DNA of 38,614 bases from Candidatus Bathyarchaeia archaeon. Lineage in GTDB: Archaea > Thermoproteota > Bathyarchaeia > TCS64. A program made the translations under genes and the position numbers. Under the pieces are notes generated by a model. It was not told the origin of the DNA. It searched no databases and saw only the letters and a program-made list of their open reading frames with translations. The stretch is taken from the NCBI GenBank assembly GCA_036396185.1, contig DASWLJ010000138.1:1-38614 (forward strand). The letters are read 5' to 3'. Position 1 is the stretch's first letter. Each line of letters starts with the position of its first letter. Shown here one piece after another: positions 8,113-16,389 of this stretch.

Positions 8113-9993
8113 ATGAATAAAAAGTATCTTTTAGGACTCGTTCTCGGGATGCTAGTATGTAGCCTTGTACCTGTTCACGCTGTTGGTATCACTGTGTCTA
8201 CAGACGCCGCGGAGTATGAGCGCGGAGACACCATCAATATCCAGGTTGGCGGAATAACTCAAACCGGGGAATTCCTGTACCTCCAATTCAAAGACCCTAG
8301 TAACAACATTAAATGGGTCAAACAATACAGTATCAGTGCAACAGGTACATGGTACATCAACTTTATTATTCCTTCAGATTGGAACGGCGGAACGTGGACC
8401 ATTCACGTTAAAGAAGGAGCCTCGACAGCTGTATCAACCACATTCGAGCTGAATGTTCCTGTTGTATCACCTGCAGCAGGTAGTAGAGTGATAATTCCAA
8501 CCCCAGATGACATAGAGGACATGACTGACCTCGGGGCAGCCAACACGTTAGCTGAACTCGATCCTGAGGACAGCGCAGACATATTATCAGAAGTTACCCT
8601 TGAGAAAGCTGTTGACATTCTAGAACTCATGGACCCAACACTTGTCACACAGATACTTAGCGAGATGGATACCGATACTGCCACAGCTATTCTGGAACTT
8701 ATGAACAAGAGCAAAGCAGTTGAAGCTATCGCGGGTCTAAGTACAGATTCGGCTGTATCAATACTTGAGGACATGTCTTCATCGGATGTCGCTGGCCTGA
8801 TGGAGGAGGCCGTTAAGAGCGGCGACGTAGACCAGTTCTCAGAGATAATAAACGAGATGGATGAGGACACTGCGGCGGGCATCCTGCTTGATATGGACCC
8901 CGAGTCCGGAGCGGACTTGGTAGTTGGCATGGCACAGAACAACCTTAATGAGGCCGCTAAACGCGTCGAGGCGGCAGTCAAGAAGCGCCTTGGAGAGACT
9001 GACCCTGCAAAGGCGCAGGAAATCATCGATAAAATTGCTGCAACACTGGAGAACGCGGACACCGACACACTTGTCGACATCTTCATAGAGATAGCCAACC
9101 TACCGGCCACGCCATCCACAGTCGCAACCGTGCTGGAGGCCATGGAGCTAACCAAGACCCTGGACGTCGTATCCGCCTGGGTAAACACGGGAAGCCTTGA
9201 GGAGCTAGCCGAGGTATTCAGCTACATGAGCGACGGCTTCTTGGACACCCTGTGGCCAGCCATGGCCTCAGCCGAGAGAAACGCCCTATTCCCGTATCTT
9301 GACTCCGTCACTGTTGCCAAGCTGCCGCAGATGGGCGAGTTCCAAGTCAGTGAGCTATCAGTCTCACCGGCGAGCGTTCAGGCAGGCGCGGTCGTGACCA
9401 TAAGCGTCAAGGTAAGCAACACAGGGGCAGAAGCGGCATCCTACACAGCCGTCCTGAAGGTGGATGGATCAACGGAGGCCACCAAGACGGTCACGATAAA
9501 CGCGGGGCAGTCCACAACGGTATCCTGGACGACCTCCAAGACCACCGCCAAGACATACAGCGTCTCCGTCGACGGCTTAACGGGAAGCTTCACCGTGCAG
9601 GCACCCCCGCAGCCCGCCGCGTTCACCTACTCTAACCTACTGGTGAACCCATCTACGGTGGAGACAGGTAGCCCTGTAACCGTCACAGTCGCGGTATCCA
9701 ACACGGGGGGACAAAGCGGGGCAACCACCGTGGAGCTCAAGGTTAACGGCGCCATAGCGGACACAAAGTCGGTGACAATAAACGCCGGTTCTAGCACCAC
9801 AGCCACATTCACGGTGACCAAGAGCACCGCAGGAACCTACACCATAGGAGTCGGAAGCCTCACAGGCAGCTTCACGGTCCAGGCGCCCCCACAGCCACCA
9901 CAGGACAACACGATGATGTACATCCTAGCCATAGGCGTAGTGCTGGTGGCCGCAATAGGTTACTACTTATACAGCCAAAGAAAAAGCCAGTAA
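8113..9993 (+). CDS. Membrane-anchored surface protein: N-terminal Ig-like domain, MgtE_N-like acidic helical repeats, two CARDB-like domains, C-terminal TM
   Basis: 626 aa. Signal peptide (LLGLVLGMLVCSLVPVHA). The central ~250 aa are Asp/Glu-rich helical repeats resembling the MgtE N-terminal/FliG-like repeat (DPEDSADILSEVTLEKAVDILELMDPTLVTQILSEMDTDTATAILELM...). Two ~90-aa CARDB-like repeats both end in LTGSFTVQAPPQP. C-terminal TM plus basic tail (MMYILAIGVVLVAAIGYYLYSQRKSQ). Confidence 0.85.
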   Translation: MNKKYLLGLVLGMLVCSLVPVHAVGITVSTDAAEYERGDTINIQVGGITQTGEFLYLQFKDPSNNIKWVKQYSISATGTWYINFIIPSDWNGGTWTIHVKEGASTAVSTTFELNVPVVSPAAGSRVIIPTPDDIEDMTDLGAANTLAELDPEDSADILSEVTLEKAVDILELMDPTLVTQILSEMDTDTATAILELMNKSKAVEAIAGLSTDSAVSILEDMSSSDVAGLMEEAVKSGDVDQFSEIINEMDEDTAAGILLDMDPESGADLVVGMAQNNLNEAAKRVEAAVKKRLGETDPAKAQEIIDKIAATLENADTDTLVDIFIEIANLPATPSTVATVLEAMELTKTLDVVSAWVNTGSLEELAEVFSYMSDGFLDTLWPAMASAERNALFPYLDSVTVAKLPQMGEFQVSELSVSPASVQAGAVVTISVKVSNTGAEAASYTAVLKVDGSTEATKTVTINAGQSTTVSWTTSKTTAKTYSVSVDGLTGSFTVQAPPQPAAFTYSNLLVNPSTVETGSPVTVTVAVSNTGGQSGATTVELKVNGAIADTKSVTINAGSSTTATFTVTKSTAGTYTIGVGSLTGSFTVQAPPQPPQDNTMMYILAIGVVLVAAIGYYLYSQRKSQ

Positions 9994-10073
9994 CCTTTTC
10001 TTATATTTATCTACTTAATCAAGATCGTATAGGAAATATTTTCTCCACAGCAAAGAAAGAATAGGGTTCTAAC

Positions 10074-10313
10074 CTAAACCATCTTACCTGGCTTATCTTT
10101 CTTCTCGATGATGGCCTGCATCAGCTTGATCTCCCGCTCTAGAAAGTTCTTCTTCTCCTTGAGCTCCTCAAGCTTCTTACCCATGTCAACGAGCTCGTGC
10201 TCCCGCCTCATAACCTCGTAGAACTCCGGGTGGCCGTACTTCAGGTGAAAATCCATCTGCTTCTTCTCAAGCCTCTCCAGACCACAGAAAGGGCAAATGT
10301 AGGCGCGTTCCAC
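10074..10313 (-). CDS. Small C2H2 zinc-finger protein with C-terminal coiled coil
   Basis: 79 aa. YICPFCGLERLEKKQMDFHLKYGHPEF has the classical C-X2-C-X12-H-X4-H spacing. The remainder is a Glu/Lys-rich helix (KKLEELKEKKNFLEREIKLMQAIIEKK). Confidence 0.7.
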   Translation of the reverse strand: MERAYICPFCGLERLEKKQMDFHLKYGHPEFYEVMRREHELVDMGKKLEELKEKKNFLEREIKLMQAIIEKKDKPGKMV

Positions 10314-10343
10314 CGATACTCCTCACCTATTCCTCGGTTTGCC

Positions 10344-10355
10344 GTATATAATAAA
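10344..10355 (-). promoter_or_regulatory. TATA-like box for the zinc-finger gene
   Basis: tatataataaat lies 31-42 nt upstream of the start codon at 10313 on the minus strand. The spacing fits an archaeal TATA box with a short or absent leader. Confidence 0.35.
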
Positions 10356-10481
10356 TCTTTCAAGCCGACCTTACCCCTGATCAACTTTATAGTAGGAGTA
10401 AAAACAGAGCTTGGTTACGTACTTTTAGTCTAGACCTAGATTCCACGAACCTTTTAAGACTACCTGACGCCGACTGACTCA

Positions 10482-10715
10482 ATGGAGATCAAAAACAGAT
10501 CAGTGATCTTCAAACCGGAAGATCTGAACGTGGTGGACATGGCTACTGGTGGCGGGGTCGCTGACAACTACATCCAAATGGCCAGCGACATCATCTTCCA
10601 CAAAGGCGTAGAGGATGACCAGCCAACGATCCACATCATTGAGCCCCAGTTCTCCGGAGCGAAGTTCATCGATCCCTGGCGAAGAGACAACGTGGGCCCC
10701 CGGTTCACGCCATAG
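10482..10715 (+). CDS. Hypothetical protein (77 aa)
   Basis: ATG start and strong C/G third-position bias like the confident genes. The overlapping minus-strand ORF 10500-10850 translates to a less protein-like sequence. No family recognised. Confidence 0.4.
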   Translation: MEIKNRSVIFKPEDLNVVDMATGGGVADNYIQMASDIIFHKGVEDDQPTIHIIEPQFSGAKFIDPWRRDNVGPRFTP

Positions 10716-10927
10716 ATCTGGCGTCATCCGGCTCATTGGCCCATTGGTTAGTATGCTTACCGTATTAGATACATCGTTGATAATCGATGAGTTTTGATAT
10801 CGGGCTAAGCCTCCTCCTTCACCAGAGATGGGCACATCCCGGTAATCCATTAAATATAGACGATGAGTAGAACTGTTTTTAATAATAGGGTGTTTCAGCC
10901 ACTAAAGTGAGTGTTACTAAGTTCGAG

Positions 10928-11107
10928 CTATATTACAACTGCCGCCCCTATCATGAATCCGAGCCACAGCGATAGATGGTATAATTTAATCACCATTTTT
11001 CTGAAATCCGTCATCTTATCATCCTTCGCTTTCCAAGTGTCTTCGATTGGTCCGTCCCTCATAGTGTATATCTCTGGCCAAAGTTGGCCCATGGGCGTCT
11101 TATTCAT
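10928..11107 (-). CDS. Small (59 aa) protein with C-terminal TM helix, below the ORF-track length cutoff
   Basis: My manual reverse-strand translation gives MNKTPMGQLWPEIYTMRDGPIEDTWKAKDDKMTDFRKMVIKLYHLSLWLGFMIGAAVVI*. It is more protein-like than the opposing track ORF 10911-11123. Confidence 0.3.
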   Translation of the reverse strand: MNKTPMGQLWPEIYTMRDGPIEDTWKAKDDKMTDFRKMVIKLYHLSLWLGFMIGAAVVI

Positions 11108-11201
11108 GCACTATACCGCTTGATATGATTTATTTTAAGAACACAGTGGAATCCTCTGGAACTATTTATTATAGTAGATGACTGATAAAAAACGAGGGTG
11201 G

Positions 11202-11966
11202 TTACCCCATCTGAAGTTTTACTCTGAAGCTTAAGAGATCGTTATATGTGGCGATGTCCGTGCCAGATAGGTCTTCAATGTTTGAAACAAGAAGGTAGTA
11301 GGTGCCGGGTCCAGAGTTGAAGGGAGCCTCTATGGAGTACTGGGTTGACCCTGACACTGTGATGGTTGGCGAGGTTTTTCCGTTTTTCCAGTAGTCGCTC
11401 CACACAAGCAGCTGTATTCGTCCAGTGAACGGGCTCCCGTTAAGGTGCCTGATGTTAACTGTTCCCGTGATCGGGATGTTATACGGGTACGTGTTCGAGG
11501 TCACGGTGAGGTTCACTCGTAGGTTGTTTACCACGAAATAAGTCCACGACGGGACCCTCAACTCGTTGTACTTCTCCATGAGTTTCACGTACTCGATTGA
11601 TAGGTCGTGGTTCTCGTCTACTAGGATCTGGTTCGTTAGTTGGAGCTCCTCCAGCTCATTTGACATATCCTGGTAGCTCTCCTCAAGCTCCTCGTACTCT
11701 GAGAGGGCTATACTGTTGCCTGCCAGGTCGTTGTAGCTCTGTGTTACCTGCGTGAGCTCGCCTAAGGCTTCGGTGTAGTTGGCCTGGAGTGCCCCGAGCT
11801 GGGTCTGCAGCGATGCTACCAGGCTTGTCTTCTGCTCAAGGTCGGATGTTAAACCGTTGATCTTTGGGTTGGTGAGAGTGTAGTTGACATAGAAACCTGA
11901 ACCAAGGCCCACTATGAGAGCCAGGGTCACAAGGTTTGTGGTGCTGAACAGCTTTTTTCCAGCCAT
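11202..11966 (-). CDS. Membrane-anchored coiled-coil protein with C-terminal beta-sandwich-like domain
   Basis: The likely start is MAGKKLFS (ATG 11966); the track ORF extends to 12017. One N-terminal TM (LVTLALIVGLGSGFYV), ~100 aa of heptad-like Leu/Glu/Gln repeats, then a beta-rich domain (NLRVNLTVTS...GTYYLLVSNIEDLSG). Confidence 0.75.
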   Translation of the reverse strand: MAGKKLFSTTNLVTLALIVGLGSGFYVNYTLTNPKINGLTSDLEQKTSLVASLQTQLGALQANYTEALGELTQVTQSYNDLAGNSIALSEYEELEESYQDMSNELEELQLTNQILVDENHDLSIEYVKLMEKYNELRVPSWTYFVVNNLRVNLTVTSNTYPYNIPITGTVNIRHLNGSPFTGRIQLLVWSDYWKNGKTSPTITVSGSTQYSIEAPFNSGPGTYYLLVSNIEDLSGTDIATYNDLLSFRVKLQMG

Positions 11967-12141
11967 ATAATCCTCACAAGGTGAGAGAAGGGGCGCGCTA
12001 TTAAAAATGATGCTCACCTCTGCTAGGTATCTCTGCTATGTTGTAGTGAAACGGAGCCGTGGTCGGGTTCTACGTTCACTCCCGCATACTTTCAGAAGCT
12101 GCGTAACTACTTTAAACGAAGCACCATATAGTCGTATCGAG

Positions 12142-12342
12142 ATGGGCGCCTTATCCTTCGTGGGTTTTCTGGCTGTTATGATGGGCTTCTCTCTGCATGT
12201 GTTAGGCGGAGGAGCATACTCGAAGGCCAGGTTCAGCCACGGCGACACTCTCGTCGTAGGACAGGCGTGGTTCGTGGTCCTGGTTCTCGGTCTTCTCATG
12301 ATGGCTGTGGACGCCTACATGTTCTCGGGCGGGTTTCAGTAA
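12142..12342 (+). CDS. Small two-TM membrane protein (hypothetical)
   Basis: From the internal ATG: MGALSFVGFLAVMMGFSLHVLGGG...AWFVVLVLGLLMMAVDAYMF. The upstream part of track ORF 12007-12342 is Arg-rich and not protein-like. Confidence 0.35.
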   Translation: MGALSFVGFLAVMMGFSLHVLGGGAYSKARFSHGDTLVVGQAWFVVLVLGLLMMAVDAYMFSGGFQ

Positions 12343-12383
12343 GCTGGACAGCTGCTAAATATATCCCAAGCCTATCATTCTCC

Positions 12384-14117
12384 ATGGTTTTTACTACTCG
12401 GCCGGTCATCATGGGGACCCACGGCGTTGTGGCTAGCACCCATTACCTGGCCACGGTCGAGGGTCTTCAGGTCCTGAGGGAAGGTGGGGGTGTGGTGGAC
12501 GCTGGAGCCGCCATGTGGTTCACGCTGTCTCTGCTTGAGCCCCACCTGGTGGGCGTCGCGGGGGAGGTACCCATCCTGCTGTACCTTTCAGACGAAGAAC
12601 GCGTCATCGCGGTCAACGGGCAGGGCCCGGCGCCGGCCGCCGCCACCATCGAGTGGTTCAAGGACCACGGGTATCCCATGATCCCGGAGGACGGTTTCAC
12701 GCCAGCCGTGGTCCCGGGGGCCTTCCACGCCTGGATGAGGACCATGGACGAGTACGGGTCCTTGAGCCTCAGGAGAGTCCTCGAACCGGCCATCAGGCTG
12801 GCCAAGGCAGGTTTCCCCGTCTACCCGACGCTCGCAGGCTTCCTTGAGCGCCTCAAGGACAGATACCAGGCGGAGTGGCCCAGCTCAGCCAGGGTCTATC
12901 TCCCGGGCGGAGCCCCACCCGTGGTCGGCCAAGTGATAAATAACCCTGATTGGTCGAGGACCTTCAGCGGGCTCCTCAAGGAGACCAGCCGGGACGCCAA
13001 GACGGGGAGGTCTCACGGGTTCGACGCGGCCATCAAGTACTTCTATGATGGGCCCATAGCCGAGGCCATCATAGACTACACGCAGAGCTTCAGGTGCAGA
13101 GACGTCTACGGGATGGAGAACCACGGGCTGCTAACTAGAGAGGACCTATCCGGCTACAGTTCGAGGTTCGAGAAGCCCGTGTCCGTCAACTACAGGGGCC
13201 TCGACGTCTATAAGTGTGGGCCGTGGACCCAGGGGCCGGTGCTTCTGCAGATGCTTAACCTGCTGGAGGGCTACGACCTGAAGTCCATGGGCCACAACAG
13301 CGTGGAGTACCTTCACACAATAATTGAGGCCGCGAAGCTCGCCTTCGCTGACAGGGAGCAGTACTACGCGGACCCCAACTTCGTGGACGTGCCCCTCGGC
13401 AGGCTTCTATCCAAGAGTTACGCCGACGAGCGTCGAACCCTCATAGACCCAGATGAGGCGTCGATGATGCTTAGGCCTGGGGGTGTGCCACCAATCGAGC
13501 TGAAGGAGAGCGGGGAGAAGCCCTTCCACGAGGGCGACACGGTGCACCTTGAGGCCGTGGACCGCGAGGGAAACATGTTGTCGGCTACGCCCAGCGGCGG
13601 ATGGATCAGGACCAGCCCCTTGGTTCCCGGCCTAGGCTTCCCAGTGGGCACCCGAGGCCAGTTCTTCCACCTGGACCCAAGCCATGTGGAGCGGCTGGAG
13701 CCGGGTAAAAAGCCCAGCACCACCCTGACCCCGAGCCTCGTGTTGAGGGACGGCAGGCCCTACATGGTGTTCGGTACGCCGGGGGGAGACCAGCAGGACC
13801 AGTGGACCCTACAGCTGTTCCTCAACCATGTGGATTTCGGGATGAACGTGCAGGAGGCTATCGACGCCCAGACGGTTCACACCAGCAGCTTCCCTGGCAG
13901 CTTCTGGCCTCATGCTGTGAGGCCAGGCGAGGTGAGCGTGGAGCCCGGTATACCCGTCGCCGTGGTGGAGGCGCTCAAGAAGAAGGGCCACAGAGTGGTG
14001 ATGAGCAGGCCCTGGAGCCATGGCAGGTGCCTGGCGATAAGGTTCGACGCCGAGACGGGGGTCATCCACGGAGGGGCTTCGCCCAGGACGGGTAATCCTT
14101 ACGCCATGGGCTGGTGA
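12384..14117 (+). CDS. ggt: Gamma-glutamyltranspeptidase family (Ntn hydrolase)
   Basis: 577 aa from ATG 12384; the track ORF start at 12267 adds a non-protein-like extension. GGT hallmarks: THGVVASTHYLAT, nucleophile region EGDTVHLEAVDREGNMLSATPSGG, C-terminal FGTPGGDQQDQ. Confidence 0.93.
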   Translation: MVFTTRPVIMGTHGVVASTHYLATVEGLQVLREGGGVVDAGAAMWFTLSLLEPHLVGVAGEVPILLYLSDEERVIAVNGQGPAPAAATIEWFKDHGYPMIPEDGFTPAVVPGAFHAWMRTMDEYGSLSLRRVLEPAIRLAKAGFPVYPTLAGFLERLKDRYQAEWPSSARVYLPGGAPPVVGQVINNPDWSRTFSGLLKETSRDAKTGRSHGFDAAIKYFYDGPIAEAIIDYTQSFRCRDVYGMENHGLLTREDLSGYSSRFEKPVSVNYRGLDVYKCGPWTQGPVLLQMLNLLEGYDLKSMGHNSVEYLHTIIEAAKLAFADREQYYADPNFVDVPLGRLLSKSYADERRTLIDPDEASMMLRPGGVPPIELKESGEKPFHEGDTVHLEAVDREGNMLSATPSGGWIRTSPLVPGLGFPVGTRGQFFHLDPSHVERLEPGKKPSTTLTPSLVLRDGRPYMVFGTPGGDQQDQWTLQLFLNHVDFGMNVQEAIDAQTVHTSSFPGSFWPHAVRPGEVSVEPGIPVAVVEALKKKGHRVVMSRPWSHGRCLAIRFDAETGVIHGGASPRTGNPYAMGW

Positions 14118-14136
14118 GGAACTAAAAAAAGGGTGG

Positions 14137-14421
14137 TTAAGCTTTTTTCTTAGCCTTCTCGTAGGCCGCCCTCTCGATTATCGGGCTGACCTCAACGTCT
14201 AGGTATGGGGCGTAGTCCTCCACCCACTTGGCGACCTTGATCTCGTCGTCTGTGTCCACGACGAAGAAGGCCTTGTACTGCGTGACGAAGTGGTGGATAG
14301 GGAAGATCATTTCGTCTCCCCAGTTCTCGCCTCTCTCAATCCTCTTCTTCTCCACGTCGTAGGCTTTCTTGGTGTTCTCTGCTACGGGCTCGCGGGCGCC
14401 GTAGACGAAGACGTACTTCAA
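14137..14421 (-). CDS. Small alpha+beta protein, DUF3303-like (recollection of family pattern, unverified)
   Basis: The track ORF starts at 14439. An in-frame TTG at 14421 preceded by GGAGG gives (M)KYVFVYGA..., which matches the short-N-terminus pattern of this ~95-aa family. The C-terminal part is ...VAKWVEDYAPYLDVEVSPIIE. Confidence 0.6.
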   Translation of the reverse strand: MKYVFVYGAREPVAENTKKAYDVEKKRIERGENWGDEMIFPIHHFVTQYKAFFVVDTDDEIKVAKWVEDYAPYLDVEVSPIIERAAYEKAKKKA

Positions 14422-14475
14422 GCATGGGTGCCTCCACACATTAATGGGTGGAGAAACTAAAAATACGTGTCGCTT

Positions 14476-15438
14476 TCAGTGGGCGGGTAGATACTTCTTA
14501 GGGAACTTGGCGACCACCGAGTAGTTGGGGTCGACGACGTTCCCCACTCTGCACCTGCCTACCTGCGAGAGTAACTGTAGCGCGTCCATTTTACCGTAGC
14601 CGTAGTCCTCGCAGAGCCACTTCACCATCTCGACGTGGGCGATCTTGTACGCCTCCATCAGTGGTCTTGTGCTCCCCACGGTCATAATCCACTCATCGTC
14701 CACTATGCGGGGCCACTCGATGCCCTTACCCTTAACGACGTCAACCCTCACGGTCACCTCTGAGGAGGTCTCAAGGGCCACGCCGCACAGCTCCCCGTCG
14801 CCCTGAGCCGCGTGGACGTCCCCGAATACAAGGTAGCCCCCCTCAACGAAGACCGGGAGGAGAAGCGTCGCCCCTGCCCTGGTTTCGACGCAGTCCATGT
14901 TCCCGCCGTACTCCCCCGGGGCGAGGGACATCTCCACTCTCCCAAACCTTGGTGCCACGCCTATGGAGCCTATGAATGGGTGGAGAGGGATGGACGCCTC
15001 CTTGAGGATGCTGTCAGGGAGCTCGACGAACCCCGTGTTCTCCTTCAGGTCGAGCCTCCACTCGTACCTTTTATGAGGTAGAGGATCGTTCAGGAGCAGT
15101 CTCCGGCCGGGCACCTCCTCCGTGAGAGACCCGAACCATGGGAGGATGTTCGAGTAGGCTGAGGGTCTGGTGAGCTTGATCCTCTGGATGTCCACCACCA
15201 GAGTGTCCCCCTGCTCCGCCCCCTCCACGTAGAAGGGGCCCGTCAACGGGTTTGATGAGCTGAGAGAGGTGCCCCGCATCCTCTGCCTCATCTCGTCTGG
15301 GATGGGCTTACCTTTGTGGTCCTGCCCCCCCGCGTCCACCGTTGGCGCGGTTATTGTGTCACCAGGCTTTACGTGGTGGGCGGGCTCGTTGGGGCCGTAC
15401 GTGTGATAGAATATGTTTGGCTTAAAGTGATGGTTCAT
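14476..15438 (-). CDS. Acetamidase/formamidase family amidohydrolase
   Basis: 320 aa. Family-typical segments: VKPGDTITAPTVDAGG, GPFYVEGAEQGDTLVV, GGNMDCVETRAGATLLLPVFVEGGYLVFGDVHAAQGDGE. Confidence 0.92.
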   Translation of the reverse strand: MNHHFKPNIFYHTYGPNEPAHHVKPGDTITAPTVDAGGQDHKGKPIPDEMRQRMRGTSLSSSNPLTGPFYVEGAEQGDTLVVDIQRIKLTRPSAYSNILPWFGSLTEEVPGRRLLLNDPLPHKRYEWRLDLKENTGFVELPDSILKEASIPLHPFIGSIGVAPRFGRVEMSLAPGEYGGNMDCVETRAGATLLLPVFVEGGYLVFGDVHAAQGDGELCGVALETSSEVTVRVDVVKGKGIEWPRIVDDEWIMTVGSTRPLMEAYKIAHVEMVKWLCEDYGYGKMDALQLLSQVGRCRVGNVVDPNYSVVAKFPKKYLPAH

Positions 15439-15528
15439 GGTTTACTTTTATATTCTCTCCGCATTTTAAACTACTGAACATCAAGAAATTTAGATGAGTG
15501 TTTTCAACGTTTTTTTCACGGCTCAAGT

Positions 15529-15543
15529 AAAAAAAAAATAAAA
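15529..15543 (-). terminator. Oligo-T terminator candidate for the receiver gene
   Basis: An A10-T-A4 run on the + strand (T4-A-T10 on the minus strand) begins about 27 nt downstream of the minus-strand stop at 15570. Archaeal termination typically uses oligo-T tracts. Confidence 0.4.
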
Positions 15544-15569
15544 TGTGTAGCTTGTATCCGTTAACTTTG

Positions 15570-16010
15570 TTATAGGCAGCTCATGTTCCTCAGCAGTGTG
15601 ATCTCCTCACTTTTTCTGTCGTAGGCCATCTTCATCCTGTACTTATCGACCACGTTCTTGATCCTTTTCAGTAGCACAACGTAGTGGGCCGCGTCGTAAG
15701 CTTTCGTTACAAAGTCATCTACACCGGCCCTGAAAGCCTCCTCTGCAACCGCCTCCTCCGATGAGCCGGTGTAGAGGATGACCGGAATCCCAGATAACTC
15801 TCTGAGCCTCTTTGTGAACTGTATGCCATCCATCTCAGGCATCTTGTAGTCAGACAGCACAACGTCTGGTTCAGTGTCCCTGATGTTTTCGAGGACTCTG
15901 CTAGGAGAAGTTGATGTCTCTATCTCCATGTCTTTGTCGTAGGCCATGATAATCTCCTTTGTGAGTTCAAGGTAGTTCTTCTCGTCGTCGATGTGTATGA
16001 TCTTAATCAT
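15570..16010 (-). CDS. Stand-alone CheY-like response-regulator receiver
   Basis: 146 aa. It has the full receiver residue set: acidic pair (IHIDDE), phospho-acceptor context (VVLSDYKMPEMDG), ILYTGSS, and the conserved Lys in DFVTKAY. No output domain, only a ~25-aa tail. Confidence 0.92.
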   Translation of the reverse strand: MIKIIHIDDEKNYLELTKEIIMAYDKDMEIETSTSPSRVLENIRDTEPDVVLSDYKMPEMDGIQFTKRLRELSGIPVILYTGSSEEAVAEEAFRAGVDDFVTKAYDAAHYVVLLKRIKNVVDKYRMKMAYDRKSEEITLLRNMSCL

Positions 16011-16389
16011 GAAGCGCCCCCCCTTGTAGAATCCCGCCTCTATTGCGCTGGATACTGGCTTTGGGAGGACGTTTCACCTTGTCTACTTTATTCTTGTTAT
16101 AACTGAATAACTGTGTATCGGTAGGAAGGCATCCGTATGTTTCGTCCACTTTTGTCATCTACATCCCATTTTTCGTTGTTTTGCAAATGCATCTCACTAT
16201 GGTGGTTTACCCTACACAGAAGTCGATTCCCACCCGCACACACAGTGTCTGGGATATTATTGCCAATTTGCTTGATGCAATTAGCGAATCTAGTTGAGGG
16301 TTCAGCAGATATAAGGTTATTGCATCTATTTTCTCCAATATAACGGGATGCTAAGGAGCTGATGATTAAAAAATATAAGAATTTAGCTA

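Noticed and set aside
8403-9188. 261-aa minus-strand ORF inside the 626-aa surface protein gene
   Set aside because: Extremely Ser/Ala/Thr-rich antisense shadow of the acidic repeat region; the plus frame has clear domain structure.
10500-10850. 116-aa minus-strand ORF overlapping 10482-10715 (+)
   Set aside because: The plus-strand frame has the genome-typical C/G third-position bias and a more balanced composition. The minus frame lacks both. Both remain low-confidence.
16137-16343. 68-aa ORF in the spacer between the MBL hydrolase and the receiver gene
   Set aside because: Cys/Leu/Phe/Ser-rich sequence with no start context and no TM or domain logic; likely non-coding promoter/terminator DNA.
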